Positions 1-9,755 are shown, numbered from the stretch's first letter. The stretch: 64,000 nucleotides of DNA from an uncultured Bacilli bacterium (GCA_934140155.1 CAKPBC010000004.1:65675-129674), one strand, 5' to 3'. Notes: generated from the sequence alone by a model not told the origin. Made by a program: numbers and translations.

Positions 1-2028
1 ATTTTTGCATTCAGCAAAGGCACACTCACCAATGGATGTAACCTGATCTGGTATTTTAATGTATTTTAATGAGCTACATCCATAGAACGAATAATCGCCA
101 ATTGTTAATAATGCTTTGGGTAATAATATTTTATTCAAAGTAGAACAATTATAAAATGCTCTTTCATCTATATTTAATATATTATCTGACATTTCAATTG
201 AAGAAAGTGCACTACAACCCGAAAATGCACTTTTTCCAATAGAAGTCACACCACTAGGAATAATTATTTCCGTGATATTTGTATTATCTAAGAATGCAAA
301 ATCCGCTACACCTTGGACTGGCAAGTCATCAATAGTTTCAGGTAATTCAACCGTTTTTTCTAAACCATTATATTTAGAAATTGCAGCATATTTATTATTT
401 TTTGTTCCTCTTATCCAATATTCAAAGTTACCAGAATTATTAATTTTACTTACGTTCCAAACAACATTTAAATTGCTATTCCAATCATCCGACCAACCGC
501 TTGGTTTATCAGTTGGAGCAGCATAAATTGTTAATAAATTATGTCCCTTGAAAGCATTATCTTCAATTGTTTCTATTGTTTCTGGGATAACAATTCTTTT
601 TAAATTATGAATATCACTAAATGCACTACTTTTAATAGTTGTTACCTTAGTTCCATTTACTTCTTCAGGAATATTAAAAGTAGAAAAAGATAAATCATTG
701 ATTTTAAATTTTTGAAGTGATAAAGTTCCATCTAAATTATATCCAAATTCACAATAATCATTAAGCCAATTTGCTTTTAAAGTTAGATCAACATCATAAT
801 TATTCTTTTTATAAGAAATACTATCAATGCTCCATTTATAAAATGTATCACTATCTTTTGTTGTTTCTTCTGCAATATAATCACTAAAATGTGTTACTTC
901 TTGTGATTCAATTTCACTTCCTCCATTGGTGTTATAATTAATTGTTACTGACCCGCCATTATCACATATTTGCTTAATGCCATCTGAAAAGGCTGCATTA
1001 TTAAAATAAATACGTGCTTTAGCTAATTCAATTTGTTTAGAATAATCTTTCCACTCAGATTTTTCAAAATATTTAATCGCTTTTTGAGGATTGCTATCTA
1101 ATAAATTTTGAGCTATAGAATATCTTGCAAAAGGAACAATCACAAAAATCATAAGAAGCGTAATAGCAGATACTCCAACAATTGAGCCTGATGCAATAGC
1201 GCTTATTCTTTTTACCTTTTTCTTTCTATTCTTTTTTTGTACATCAAATTCTTCTAGTAGTTCTTTATATTTAGTTAACAATTCTTTACCATCTTTATAA
1301 TCACTAATTGTTTTTAAATTATTATATGCTTCTAAAACCATTGAATAATCTTTAATAGTTAACTCCCTATTAAAAACACATTTCTTATAAATAGATTCTT
1401 TTTTCTCAATAGCAATTAATTCAATACATTTATCAATTTGTATACTTGCATCATCATAATCGCTAATTTTATTAAACATTTCAATTGATTTAGCATACTT
1501 TTTAGATTCCATCATTTTTTTAGCGCTACTATAAATAGATTGTTGTTTCAAACATTGGCACTCTTTAGTTTGATTTAAAGAATCTTTGTATTCTAAAATA
1601 ACATTAAATAAATCTATCGCTAAATCATACTTTTTCTCGTTTTTTAAGCGAATAGCGTTATCATAAATTGTTGATAATCTTTTATTAGCAATATTAGTTT
1701 TAATAGATTCATTAATTGAATTTAAAATCTCTTGTTCTTCTAAATTACCATATTCATAAGCTTTTTTGTAATTATAATAAGTATCGATAGGTTTATCATA
1801 CTTTTTTAGTTGATTAATAGAACTAAGTTTTAATTCCACTAATAGCTTATATAAATACGCTTTTGAATTAGTAGGATCAGTATCAAGAAAACGTTCCAAC
1901 ACTTCATCAGCTTTATCGTAAAGCCCATCAGCAAGCAATATTTCTACTCTTTTAAATTGTGAAGGAATAATTGTGTTTTCTTTATCGACATTATTGATTA
2001 TATTTTGTGATTTGTCTTTGTTTTCCAT
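1..2028 (-). CDS. TPR-like / single-pass transmembrane / BspA-type leucine-rich-repeat surface protein; C-terminal part runs off the window start (partial)
   Basis: Uninterrupted minus-strand frame from ATG at 2026-2028 (RBS GGGGTGGAG just upstream) to position 1. It is absent from the ORF track because there is no stop inside the window. It has an N-terminal helical repeat region, the hydrophobic segment SAIASGSIVGVSAITLLMIFVIVPF, and then repeated modules (IPE.V..I...AF..C..L..I.IP..VTSIG..AF) typical of BspA-like LRRs. Confidence 0.6.
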   Translation of the reverse strand, partial: MENKDKSQNIINNVDKENTIIPSQFKRVEILLADGLYDKADEVLERFLDTDPTNSKAYLYKLLVELKLSSINQLKKYDKPIDTYYNYKKAYEYGNLEEQEILNSINESIKTNIANKRLSTIYDNAIRLKNEKKYDLAIDLFNVILEYKDSLNQTKECQCLKQQSIYSSAKKMMESKKYAKSIEMFNKISDYDDASIQIDKCIELIAIEKKESIYKKCVFNRELTIKDYSMVLEAYNNLKTISDYKDGKELLTKYKELLEEFDVQKKNRKKKVKRISAIASGSIVGVSAITLLMIFVIVPFARYSIAQNLLDSNPQKAIKYFEKSEWKDYSKQIELAKARIYFNNAAFSDGIKQICDNGGSVTINYNTNGGSEIESQEVTHFSDYIAEETTKDSDTFYKWSIDSISYKKNNYDVDLTLKANWLNDYCEFGYNLDGTLSLQKFKINDLSFSTFNIPEEVNGTKVTTIKSSAFSDIHNLKRIVIPETIETIEDNAFKGHNLLTIYAAPTDKPSGWSDDWNSNLNVVWNVSKINNSGNFEYWIRGTKNNKYAAISKYNGLEKTVELPETIDDLPVQGVADFAFLDNTNITEIIIPSGVTSIGKSAFSGCSALSSIEMSDNILNIDERAFYNCSTLNKILLPKALLTIGDYSFYGCSSLKYIKIPDQVTSIGECAFAECKN

Positions 2029-2123
2029 TTTCTCCACCCCACATATAATAACTATAAAAACAACTATAATCTTACTCTTAAGCATTTTAATATTTTTTAG
2101 TAATTAACGCAATTATGTCTTGT

Positions 2124-4130
2124 CTATTTTAGGCCTTTTTTCTTTTTATATTTTAAGTAACTTAGAAAGCCAATAATTAATATTGCGGCTCCAAATGAAA
2201 TACCAATAACAATTTTTACCATGTTTTTATTTTTATTTTTATGTTCTGGAGTTAATGGTGAATCATCATCTATTTCAGTGTTTTTTTCATGAATTAATAT
2301 AACATCAAATTCTGTTTGTACATAATTATCTTTATCTTCTCCAATATATCTAATCTTTGCTTTATTTAAATTATCAACTTTTAAATTTTCATTGACCCAA
2401 GCATAATTATCATTTAAAGTAATTTCCTTTAAATAAGTAATATCTTTACTAACATTGATTGAAGTTATTACGTTTTCTAATATAGCTTTATTTATTTGAT
2501 AATAAATTTTTCTTTCACCAGTAAAATTATTATTTCCTTTAATTAATACATAGGCATTGCCCGCATTAATATTATCGTGATAAGAAATTGAATAATCATT
2601 ATTTTCAATTAATTTCAATGAATTATAAGATAATTCAACTATAGGTTCTTTTGCAGTTTTATCATAAATAAATTCATTAGTATTAAGGCTATAATTAATA
2701 TCATCGCTATCAATTGATTTATGGTTAATGTTAAATGTAAATTCTTTTTTCCCTTCATAATATGAAGAAGTAATCATTCCTTTAGCTATCCCAGCATTAA
2801 TATTATTAGCGTATGTAACTTCATAATCAGTTATTTGTTTATCATTTAATTTAACTATAATTTCTGGTTTTATTTCCTTGCCTGTATAAATATAATCATT
2901 TACTTCAATATTGGCATTATCTAAACTTTCTTTTTCTTGATTATTATCTTCGCAAGTAAACGCTTTAATTCGAGGAGCGTAATTACTCACTTTATTCCAA
3001 TAAGAAGAATATCTAAATGATAATGGACTTACATTTTGTCCTATCCGAATAAAAGAATTGCCATTTACTTCTACAATAACACTATAATATGTTCCTAGTG
3101 TTAGTTTTACTGGCTCATCAATATAAATTGTACGATAGCCAGGGAAATCAAGTATTTGTTCTTTTTCATAAACTAATGTTCCGTTTGTTGGATTACTAGT
3201 GTCACTTATATTAGTATAAATTTTAATCTTACAATTAGTGTTAAATCCGCTTAATCCAATATTTACTGCTTTTAATACTTGATTTGATTTTTTAACTTCA
3301 AATATATTGGCAGCATTTTTAACAGCATATAATGAACTAATAGAATCATCAAGTGAGTTATCATAAAAATAATTGTAGTCAAAGGCATCACTTTTTTTAT
3401 ACTTAAAAGCATAAACTTGTGAAGAGTCCGAATCATAAGAAAGGTAAAAATATGGTAAAGATGAATAACTATTCTTTACTAACCATCCTCCATTTTGACT
3501 TGCTCCGCCTGGAAAAAATGATGAACTAGCAATATTATCATCCCAACCAATTAATGTACAAGCATGAGCAACACCATTTGTACTAGTTTCATTTTTAGGA
3601 TTATAATAATATGTTTCTCTCGCATTATAATAAGAAAATGTCACAGCGCCATAATCTAATATTGCTTGTTTTATTGCATTAATTTTTTCTTCTTTTGTAT
3701 ATGATGAATTAGAAATTTCAAGAGTGTCAGTTAACTTGAATTTTGAATTATAAAACGGATTTGCTTTATATGATATACTTTCTTCTACTGGACCATACCA
3801 TTCTGATAATAAAGTAGTAACAATTCCGACATTACCAAAAGCTTGTAAAAAATCAGCATCACTTTGTTCGCCTTTAAAATTTCCTAATAAATCTTCTTCT
3901 CGATTATAACGATGATACGCTATCGAAGTAGGATTTAAAGAAACACTATCTGCTAAACCATCTTTTAATATTGATGCTTCAGAGGCATTCATCGCTGAAT
4001 ATGCCCAGCACAAATTAGTATTTCCTTGATCTTTTAGTTTGCTTTCATAACCATCATTTCTTGCATCATATTGTGTTGGTAATGTTGTTAATACAAACAT
4101 TGCCATTAATAATTTAAAATTCACTATCAT
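2124..4130 (-). CDS. cell-surface papain-like cysteine peptidase (peptidase C1 family) with long C-terminal region and C-terminal membrane anchor
   Basis: 668-aa ORF. It carries the catalytic Cys motif QGNTNLCWAYS, the His motif GVAHACTLIGWDDN and the Asn/Trp motif NGGWLVKNSYS in papain order. It has an N-terminal signal-like segment and a C-terminal hydrophobic anchor IVIGISFGAAILIIGFLSYLKYKKKK. Confidence 0.7.
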   Translation of the reverse strand: MIVNFKLLMAMFVLTTLPTQYDARNDGYESKLKDQGNTNLCWAYSAMNASEASILKDGLADSVSLNPTSIAYHRYNREEDLLGNFKGEQSDADFLQAFGNVGIVTTLLSEWYGPVEESISYKANPFYNSKFKLTDTLEISNSSYTKEEKINAIKQAILDYGAVTFSYYNARETYYYNPKNETSTNGVAHACTLIGWDDNIASSSFFPGGASQNGGWLVKNSYSSLPYFYLSYDSDSSQVYAFKYKKSDAFDYNYFYDNSLDDSISSLYAVKNAANIFEVKKSNQVLKAVNIGLSGFNTNCKIKIYTNISDTSNPTNGTLVYEKEQILDFPGYRTIYIDEPVKLTLGTYYSVIVEVNGNSFIRIGQNVSPLSFRYSSYWNKVSNYAPRIKAFTCEDNNQEKESLDNANIEVNDYIYTGKEIKPEIIVKLNDKQITDYEVTYANNINAGIAKGMITSSYYEGKKEFTFNINHKSIDSDDINYSLNTNEFIYDKTAKEPIVELSYNSLKLIENNDYSISYHDNINAGNAYVLIKGNNNFTGERKIYYQINKAILENVITSINVSKDITYLKEITLNDNYAWVNENLKVDNLNKAKIRYIGEDKDNYVQTEFDVILIHEKNTEIDDDSPLTPEHKNKNKNMVKIVIGISFGAAILIIGFLSYLKYKKKKGLK

Positions 4131-4137
4131 AAATCAA

Positions 4138-5268
4138 TCATTTTACCATTTCTAATAATTTTTTATCTTGATTTTCAATATATTTATTGAAATCGTTTTT
4201 TATAATTTTATTACATTTTTTGAATATAAAAGAATCTTTTTTTACTATATCTAAAGGTATTGAAATCGGAGTATCATCAAATGGAGTTACTAAATACATC
4301 AAAGCTCCAACAATTGATGATATTATGTTCGTTGGTATTTCTTTATAATCACCAAGAACATATGATTTAACAATTTTTAAAAGCACCGGAATGTCTTTAA
4401 ATTCTTTTTGCTTCGGTAATGCATTTGCTACTTTTTGTGATTTTTTTAATAATTTATCAACTTGATCCTTAGATTCAATTAACGTTATTGCATCTTTTTT
4501 ATTATTTTCATATTGTAATAGCATTTCTTTCTTCTCTTTATTTGTTAGCTTAATTACTTCTACTTTTGGCTTTCTTTTAAACATAATGGCCCAATTCTTT
4601 TTGGTGTTTTTTATTCTTTCTTTATCTTGCTTTTCTTTAAGTTCGATTCTATTTTGTTCAATAGCTTGAGCAACTTTTTCTTCATCATCAGTAAAATAGT
4701 TTTCTTTTGACTTCTTACCAGCAATAACATCTAATGTATTGGATAAAAAATGCGTATTTAAATATTTAGTATCTAGTTGCAAACCAATTGAAAGCATTTC
4801 AACATATTTACTAACTAAACTTAACACGATATCAGATATTACTTGAAAGCATAAAATAATAGCCATAAAAATGGTGGAAAATTTAAGTGATAAATTCTCA
4901 CTTGTCGTTACTAATTCATAAATTGATACAGCTATAATTATTAGTTTGAGCAAATACATTATAGATTTAATTACATATTTACTATATTTAAATTTCTTTT
5001 TTCTTATTGCTTTTAATTTTCTAGGTAAGTTCGTTTCACTATTGAATAGAATAGAAATAATAAAAATAGCGATTGTACAAATACATAGTATTGCATAAAT
5101 AACGAGATACAAAGGTTTATTTATATTTTTGATTACTAAAAATATTGACCAAACAGCGAATAAACTTTGACTAATATAAAAAACAATCTTCGATACTTTC
5201 TTAATACTTTTAATAATCATATCAATAGCGGATCTTGTATTAGCAAATGAAAAATTTAATCCTCGCAT
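4138..5268 (-). CDS. membrane protein with N-terminal TM helices and lysine/glutamate-rich coiled-coil C-terminal half, unknown function
   Basis: 376-aa ORF with 4-5 hydrophobic helices in the first 150 aa followed by a charged coiled-coil-like region. It ends 8 nt upstream of the peptidase gene and is probably co-transcribed with it. Confidence 0.4.
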   Translation of the reverse strand: MRGLNFSFANTRSAIDMIIKSIKKVSKIVFYISQSLFAVWSIFLVIKNINKPLYLVIYAILCICTIAIFIISILFNSETNLPRKLKAIRKKKFKYSKYVIKSIMYLLKLIIIAVSIYELVTTSENLSLKFSTIFMAIILCFQVISDIVLSLVSKYVEMLSIGLQLDTKYLNTHFLSNTLDVIAGKKSKENYFTDDEEKVAQAIEQNRIELKEKQDKERIKNTKKNWAIMFKRKPKVEVIKLTNKEKKEMLLQYENNKKDAITLIESKDQVDKLLKKSQKVANALPKQKEFKDIPVLLKIVKSYVLGDYKEIPTNIISSIVGALMYLVTPFDDTPISIPLDIVKKDSFIFKKCNKIIKNDFNKYIENQDKKLLEMVK

Positions 5269-5336
5269 AATTCTCTCCTAGTGGTATTTTAACACATTTA
5301 CGGGAATATAAAGAATTAAATTATTAATTAAATAAT

Positions 5337-5694
5337 TTACCAAGAAAAACTATAACTACCAGAATGCTCTTTTGTAGTTAAACTTACTTTATATTTTCCT
5401 ATATTTAAATTTAAAGTAAATGAAAAGTCACTATCAATATTTCCTTCATAAAATGATGTAGAGTTATCATAAACTTTTACATTTAAAGTTCCTTTTGAAG
5501 TAGTAATATTAACTTTGACTGCTTTATCTTCATTGATATTTATTTTGTAATTTCTTGTTCCTTGAAAATAACTATATTTTGCCGAGAATAATGTGGCATT
5601 TTGTTGTTCAATACAATTTCTAACCACATATGTAGTTAGTTGATGTACATCCAACCAACAAACAAGATACGAATATCGCTAATAATTTCTTCAT
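5337..5694 (-). pseudogene. small lipoprotein gene interrupted by a frameshift
   Basis: There is a strong RBS (AGGAGA) plus ATG at 5692-5694. It encodes MKKLLAIFVSCLLVGCTSTNYICG and then a stop (TAG at 5620-5622). The 105-aa ORF 5337-5654 continues in a different frame and has no signal peptide of its own. Confidence 0.5.
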
Positions 5695-5766
5695 AGTAAA
5701 TTTCTCCTAAATTTATAATAATTGCTTTTTTTTCAATTTGTTATTGAAATAATTAACACTACATTC

Positions 5767-5800
5767 TATTTTTTTCAAAGTCTTTGTTTTTTTTCGACTG
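5767..5800. repeat. copy A of a ~40-bp repeat (cattctatttttttcaaagtctttgttttttttcgactg) overlapping the last codons of the flavodoxin-ferredoxin gene
   Basis: It shares cattcNatt-T-run-TCAAAGTCTTTG-T-run-CGACTG with copies B and C at 8912-9034. Confidence 0.6.
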
Positions 5801-6551
5801 AACTGATTTTTTCAAAACTATATCGAGACTTGTTAACACTTTTTTTACCATATTCAATGGCCTCAACTGGGCAGTAACAAATACAAGCCATGCAATGCGT
5901 ACAATCTTTACCCCAAATAGGTTTATTATCTTTTAGTTTAATGTTATTTAATGGACATTTCTTTACACATAATCCGCATCCAACACAATTACTTTTAACT
6001 TTAAAAGGTGATGCTTTTACGCATAAATGATAAAATATTGAATTAACTGGTCCGCTCATGAACTTATCATATAAATTATTTCTTGGTTTATCAAATGGCT
6101 GCTCTTGTTTTAGTTTTTTAGTAACTTCATCAATATGAGGCTCAGCACTTTCTACAATATCTTTAGCTTTTTCTATTGTTGGAGCATTAAACATAGCAAT
6201 ATAGTTTTCTGGCATAATAATTTGCATTGTACCCATATAATCTAACTTCTTTTCTTTAGCAAGTTTTTGATTATATTTAGAAGCATTTCCTATCTCACTT
6301 CCGCAACTCATAACAAACCAAATGCGTTTTGCATTAATTAATTCAATTTTTAAAAGAAATTCTAAAACAACTTTCGGAATACGCCACGCATATGTAGGAG
6401 TAACTAAGATTACATTACAACCTGTATCAATTGATAAATAATCTTTATTTTTTATTCTTTCATTAATATCAACAATTTCTTCTTTTAGTTCTTTAGCAAT
6501 TCTTTTAGCTATATATCTGCTATTGCCAGTTCCTGAAAAGTATAAAATCAT
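5775..6551 (-). CDS. flavodoxin-like domain fused to 2x[4Fe-4S] ferredoxin domain protein
   Basis: N-terminal MILYFSGTGNSRYIAKRIA is a flavodoxin FMN-binding loop. The C-terminus has two Cys clusters, CVGCGLCVKKCP and CTHCMACICYCP. Confidence 0.7.
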   Translation of the reverse strand: MILYFSGTGNSRYIAKRIAKELKEEIVDINERIKNKDYLSIDTGCNVILVTPTYAWRIPKVVLEFLLKIELINAKRIWFVMSCGSEIGNASKYNQKLAKEKKLDYMGTMQIIMPENYIAMFNAPTIEKAKDIVESAEPHIDEVTKKLKQEQPFDKPRNNLYDKFMSGPVNSIFYHLCVKASPFKVKSNCVGCGLCVKKCPLNNIKLKDNKPIWGKDCTHCMACICYCPVEAIEYGKKSVNKSRYSFEKISSVEKKQRL

Positions 6552-6619
6552 GTAATTATTTCCTCCAAATATTTATTAAAATGCGGCATTTAGTAACTAA
6601 TACCACTCATATGATTGTT

Positions 6620-7546
6620 TTATTTTATCCTTGAAATAATTTTTCCATTTCCAACAATTTTATTTCCTTCTCGAATGGAAAATTCTTTCCCATCACTTAG
6701 ATTTTGATACAAAGAATGATCATATAAAGTTCTTACTATAGCTTTTCCATTAATATCAAATTTTGCTAAATCCGAAGATACAAATGCTATTCTTAAATAT
6801 GTTTTAGTTCCATTTATTAGCAAATGTGGCATATATGTTCCACTATTTAAATCGGGGAAAATATTTCTTTTATTACTATCGAAAATACATTGAATCTCAT
6901 ATTTAATTGAAAATTCTTCTTTATATATTACTTTATTATCTAAAATAAGTATTTTTTTATAATTCTTAAAATAATTAATATATTTATCATCTAGTTCATC
7001 TCTTTTTTCAATGTCGCTCGCGGTAATTTTATTTAATTCATTGCTATATAATCTTTCTAAATTAAATCTTAATGTCAATGAATATGAATATATTGCTTTA
7101 GCTAATTTATAATTTTTGTCTCTTGGAATTAACTTTTCAGCATCATTAAAGTTGGTTATATTTTTCATATATTTTCTTTCTAATACATTTGATATATCGT
7201 TATAAAGAATTTCTAATACCATATATAATATACTCAAACAAGATAATACAAATAAAACCATCGCAAAATATTTACTAGCATTAACAAAGAATGATATTAC
7301 AAATAATGTACAAAATGTAATAAGAATTGCATATGAAGCAAAAAAACTAATAACTTCCCAAATTGAATAGCGATGGAAATGCTTAGGTTTATAATATATC
7401 AATTTAAATATGCCTTTTCTTTTAATCAAATGAGTGCTTTCAAAATGCATAGAATATTGTCTATTTCCGATATTCCAAACATTCATTTGTAAAAGAGCAA
7501 AAATAGAAAGTGATAAAAGTAGAATACAAATTTGCTCATTTGTCAT
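6620..7546 (-). CDS. membrane protein (3 N-terminal TM helices plus cytoplasmic domain), unknown function
   Basis: 308-aa ORF with no recognisable family motif. Confidence 0.4.
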   Translation of the reverse strand: MTNEQICILLLSLSIFALLQMNVWNIGNRQYSMHFESTHLIKRKGIFKLIYYKPKHFHRYSIWEVISFFASYAILITFCTLFVISFFVNASKYFAMVLFVLSCLSILYMVLEILYNDISNVLERKYMKNITNFNDAEKLIPRDKNYKLAKAIYSYSLTLRFNLERLYSNELNKITASDIEKRDELDDKYINYFKNYKKILILDNKVIYKEEFSIKYEIQCIFDSNKRNIFPDLNSGTYMPHLLINGTKTYLRIAFVSSDLAKFDINGKAIVRTLYDHSLYQNLSDGKEFSIREGNKIVGNGKIISRIK

Positions 7547-7579
7547 GTGTCTTTTCCTCCATTATCAAAAATCATTATT

Positions 7580-8908
7580 TTAATAATTCATTGAATCATC
7601 ATTCATTAGAAAATCAAAAATATCAATAATGGTAAAACCATTTTCATCTTTTCTAGGAGCCAAACCATCTTTAGTAACAATTATTTTTTTAAAAGAATCA
7701 TTTATATAAAACAAACTTCTTTTTTCTCTATTAGCGGTATTTTCATCACTCATATTTAGGCAAGATTGTATATAATATTTTTCATTGCCTTTAGTTGCGA
7801 TAAAATCAATTTCCAAACTTTTTTTTGCGTAGATTTTTTTTCCATTTTTATCAATTCTATCAGTCATTTCATTAATATCAATCTCACCAACCGAAACATT
7901 AAATCCTCTATATCTCAATTCATTATAGATAATGTTTTCCATAATATGGGTTTCTTCTATTTGATGAAAATCTATAATTGCATTTCTTACGCCTATATCT
8001 TCAAAATATATTTTATAAGGTGTATTAATGTATGCTTTTCCTTTGATGTTATATTTAATTGCTTTTGATATAACAAAAGAATCTTGAAAATGTTTGATGT
8101 AATTATTTATTGTATCATCAGTTACGCTAACCTTTCTTTCACTTTTAAATCTTTTTTCTAAATTAGCCGGGCTTATACCGCATCCTATTGAAGACGCTAA
8201 TACATTAAATAATTCTTCTAGCGATTGAACATCTATAACATTTCTTCTACCAATAATGTCTTTTAAATATACTTCCGTACTTAATTCTTTAAGATATTCA
8301 TATCTATCATCTTTAGGTTGTTTATATACAATTGGAATTCCACCTGTAATAATATATTCTTTCCAAGCATCATTAACATTCATATTAATTCCATCCATAA
8401 ATTCTTTGAATGATAATGGCAATACATGTATTGATGATTTCCTTCCTCTAAATTTTGTTTCTATTTCAGAAGATAAAAGTTGTGAATTACTTCCTGTAAC
8501 ATAAACATCAAAGTTTTCGTGAGTCAAAAAGCCATTTAAAGTCCCAACAAATGAATCTAATATTTGTATTTCGTCAAGCAATAAATAAAAGTAATCTGAA
8601 TCATTTGTTATATCTTTTATATAAGCTCTAAACTTTTTCGAATTAACAGTATAATATCCTTCTCTATTAATGATTTTTGTTGCTTCATTTGGATAATATT
8701 TTTCAAGTAAATCTATATTTTCATCATTATCAAAAGCAAATCTTATAATATGAGCTTCTTCTACACCATTTTTTATTAATTCTCTATAAAAAATGTTATT
8801 TAATAAATATGATTTTCCACTTCTTCTGGCTCCAGTAATAACTTTAATTAAAGAATTATTTTGCTTTTCTAAAAGCTGCTTTAAATATTTATCTCTTTTA
8901 AACTCCAT
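7580..8908 (-). CDS. AAA+ superfamily ATPase with C-terminal DUF4143-type domain
   Basis: Walker A ITGARRSGKSYLL, Walker B-like LLLDEIQ, and a length and architecture typical of the standalone ATPase/DUF4143 family. Confidence 0.7.
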   Translation of the reverse strand: MEFKRDKYLKQLLEKQNNSLIKVITGARRSGKSYLLNNIFYRELIKNGVEEAHIIRFAFDNDENIDLLEKYYPNEATKIINREGYYTVNSKKFRAYIKDITNDSDYFYLLLDEIQILDSFVGTLNGFLTHENFDVYVTGSNSQLLSSEIETKFRGRKSSIHVLPLSFKEFMDGINMNVNDAWKEYIITGGIPIVYKQPKDDRYEYLKELSTEVYLKDIIGRRNVIDVQSLEELFNVLASSIGCGISPANLEKRFKSERKVSVTDDTINNYIKHFQDSFVISKAIKYNIKGKAYINTPYKIYFEDIGVRNAIIDFHQIEETHIMENIIYNELRYRGFNVSVGEIDINEMTDRIDKNGKKIYAKKSLEIDFIATKGNEKYYIQSCLNMSDENTANREKRSLFYINDSFKKIIVTKDGLAPRKDENGFTIIDIFDFLMNDDSMNY

Positions 8909-8911
8909 AAT

Positions 8912-8955
8912 ATCACTCGATTCTTTTCAAAGTCTTTGATTTTTTTCGACTCTAT
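8912..8955. repeat. copy B of the ~40-bp repeat, immediately upstream of the ATPase start codon
   Basis: atcactcgattcttttcaaagtctttgatttttttcgactctatta, containing the perfect 13-bp palindrome TCAAAGtCTTTGA. Confidence 0.65.
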
Positions 8956-8985
8956 TATAACATATTATGTGCATTAAAACAATTA

Positions 8986-9034
8986 TCATTCGATTTTTTT
9001 TCAAAGTCTTTGATTTTTTTCGACTGTATTAATT
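8986..9034. repeat. copy C of the ~40-bp repeat, 74 bp from copy B
   Basis: atcattcgattttttttcaaagtctttgatttttttcgactgtatta, differing from copy B at 3-4 positions. Confidence 0.65.
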
Positions 9035-9190
9035 ATTGCTTATAAAATTTCAACAATGTTTGTACCACTTATTACCATGCTACTACGTTCAATTAGAAAA
9101 TAATAATTACATTTTATTTATGCTATTTAAAATCCCTAAAATTATTTTTTGCCCTATTTTAGCAAAAGTCTGGGAACATTTTATAAATCT

Positions 9191-9267
9191 TGGCGCGCCC
9201 AATAAGATTTGAACTCATGACACTCAGATTCGAAGTCTGATGCTCTATCCAGCTGAGCTATGGGCGC
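9191..9267 (-). tRNA. tRNA-Arg, anticodon UCG
   Basis: The reverse complement gives GCGCCCATAGCTCAGCTGGATAGAGCATCAGACTTCGAATCTGAGTGTCATGAGTTCAAATCTTATTGGGCGCGCCA. It folds into a cloverleaf with acceptor GCGCCCA/TGGGCGC, anticodon stem TCAGA/TCTGA and loop CTTCGAA (U33, anticodon TCG); CCA is encoded. Confidence 0.85.
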
Positions 9268-9275
9268 ATACTTAA

Positions 9276-9303
9276 AGTATAACTTTTTACTTTATTTTTG
9301 CAA
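9276..9303 (-). promoter_or_regulatory. putative sigma-70-type promoter of tRNA-Arg
   Basis: On the minus strand TTGCAA is followed by 16 nt and then TATACT, 8 nt before the tRNA 5' end. Confidence 0.4.
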
Positions 9304-9351
9304 TATAAAAACCTAGATTTTGTAAATAATTACTATTTATTTTAATCTAGG
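9301..9351 (-). terminator. putative rho-independent terminator after the small membrane-protein gene / opp operon
   Basis: Minus-strand RNA ACCUAGAUU..(AU-rich loop)..AAUCUAGGU followed by UUUUUAUAUU. Confidence 0.4.
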
Positions 9352-9359
9352 TCATTAAG

Positions 9360-9755
9360 TTAATTATTGTTATAAATTGCTAAGAATATCAAGGAGATTC
9401 CAATTAATATAGCGCCTACAATTATTAAATACCAGAATTCAATTTTTTTATCTTCTTGGGCTTTTTTATAATCATAAAATGTCTTATATTTTCTATTGGT
9501 AGGATCTTTTCTAAAAAGATTAAAAAATTGCATAACTCCATACGCTAACATATCAAATGTTCCACCATTCGTGGCAATAACTAATACACCAAAACAGGCA
9601 ATTAGGACACCAGGAACAAAGAATGCATCAGTAAGTATATGGAATGTATCTTTAACACTTGTACTATGGAAAATATCTTTTAAAACCACAATAATGAAGG
9701 CTAATAATAAACCCAAAGTAAATGTTATAAGATATTTAGCAATTTTACTTTTCAT
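9360..9755 (-). CDS. small membrane protein (3 predicted TM helices), unknown function
   Basis: 131-aa hydrophobic ORF whose start overlaps the oppF stop by 11 nt. Confidence 0.4.
   Translation of the reverse strand: MKSKIAKYLITFTLGLLLAFIIVVLKDIFHSTSVKDTFHILTDAFFVPGVLIACFGVLVIATNGGTFDMLAYGVMQFFNLFRKDPTNRKYKTFYDYKKAQEDKKIEFWYLIIVGAILIGISLIFLAIYNNN

Noticed and set aside
272-526. 84-aa plus-strand ORF inside the LRR-protein gene
   Set aside because: It is antisense to a long minus-strand frame with clear LRR repeats and starts with no RBS, so it is treated as spurious.
7766-8504. Plus-strand ORFs (100 aa, 82 aa) inside the AAA+ ATPase gene, and similar antisense ORFs at 9496-9837, 13080-13271, 17299-17502, 18877-19149, 19201-19401, 19688-19906, 20588-20938, 23696-23893, 26022-26522, 26718-26948, 30058-30396, 30861-31052, 33782-34060, 37781-38023, 39072-39302, 41272-41478, 45395-45661, 47546-47840, 51131-51511, 53845-54324, 55606-55806, 58901-59086, 59937-60188, 60302-60493
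   Set aside because: All lie antisense or out of frame within confidently assigned genes, have low-complexity hydrophobic translations and no RBS. Such ORFs are expected by chance at this AT content.
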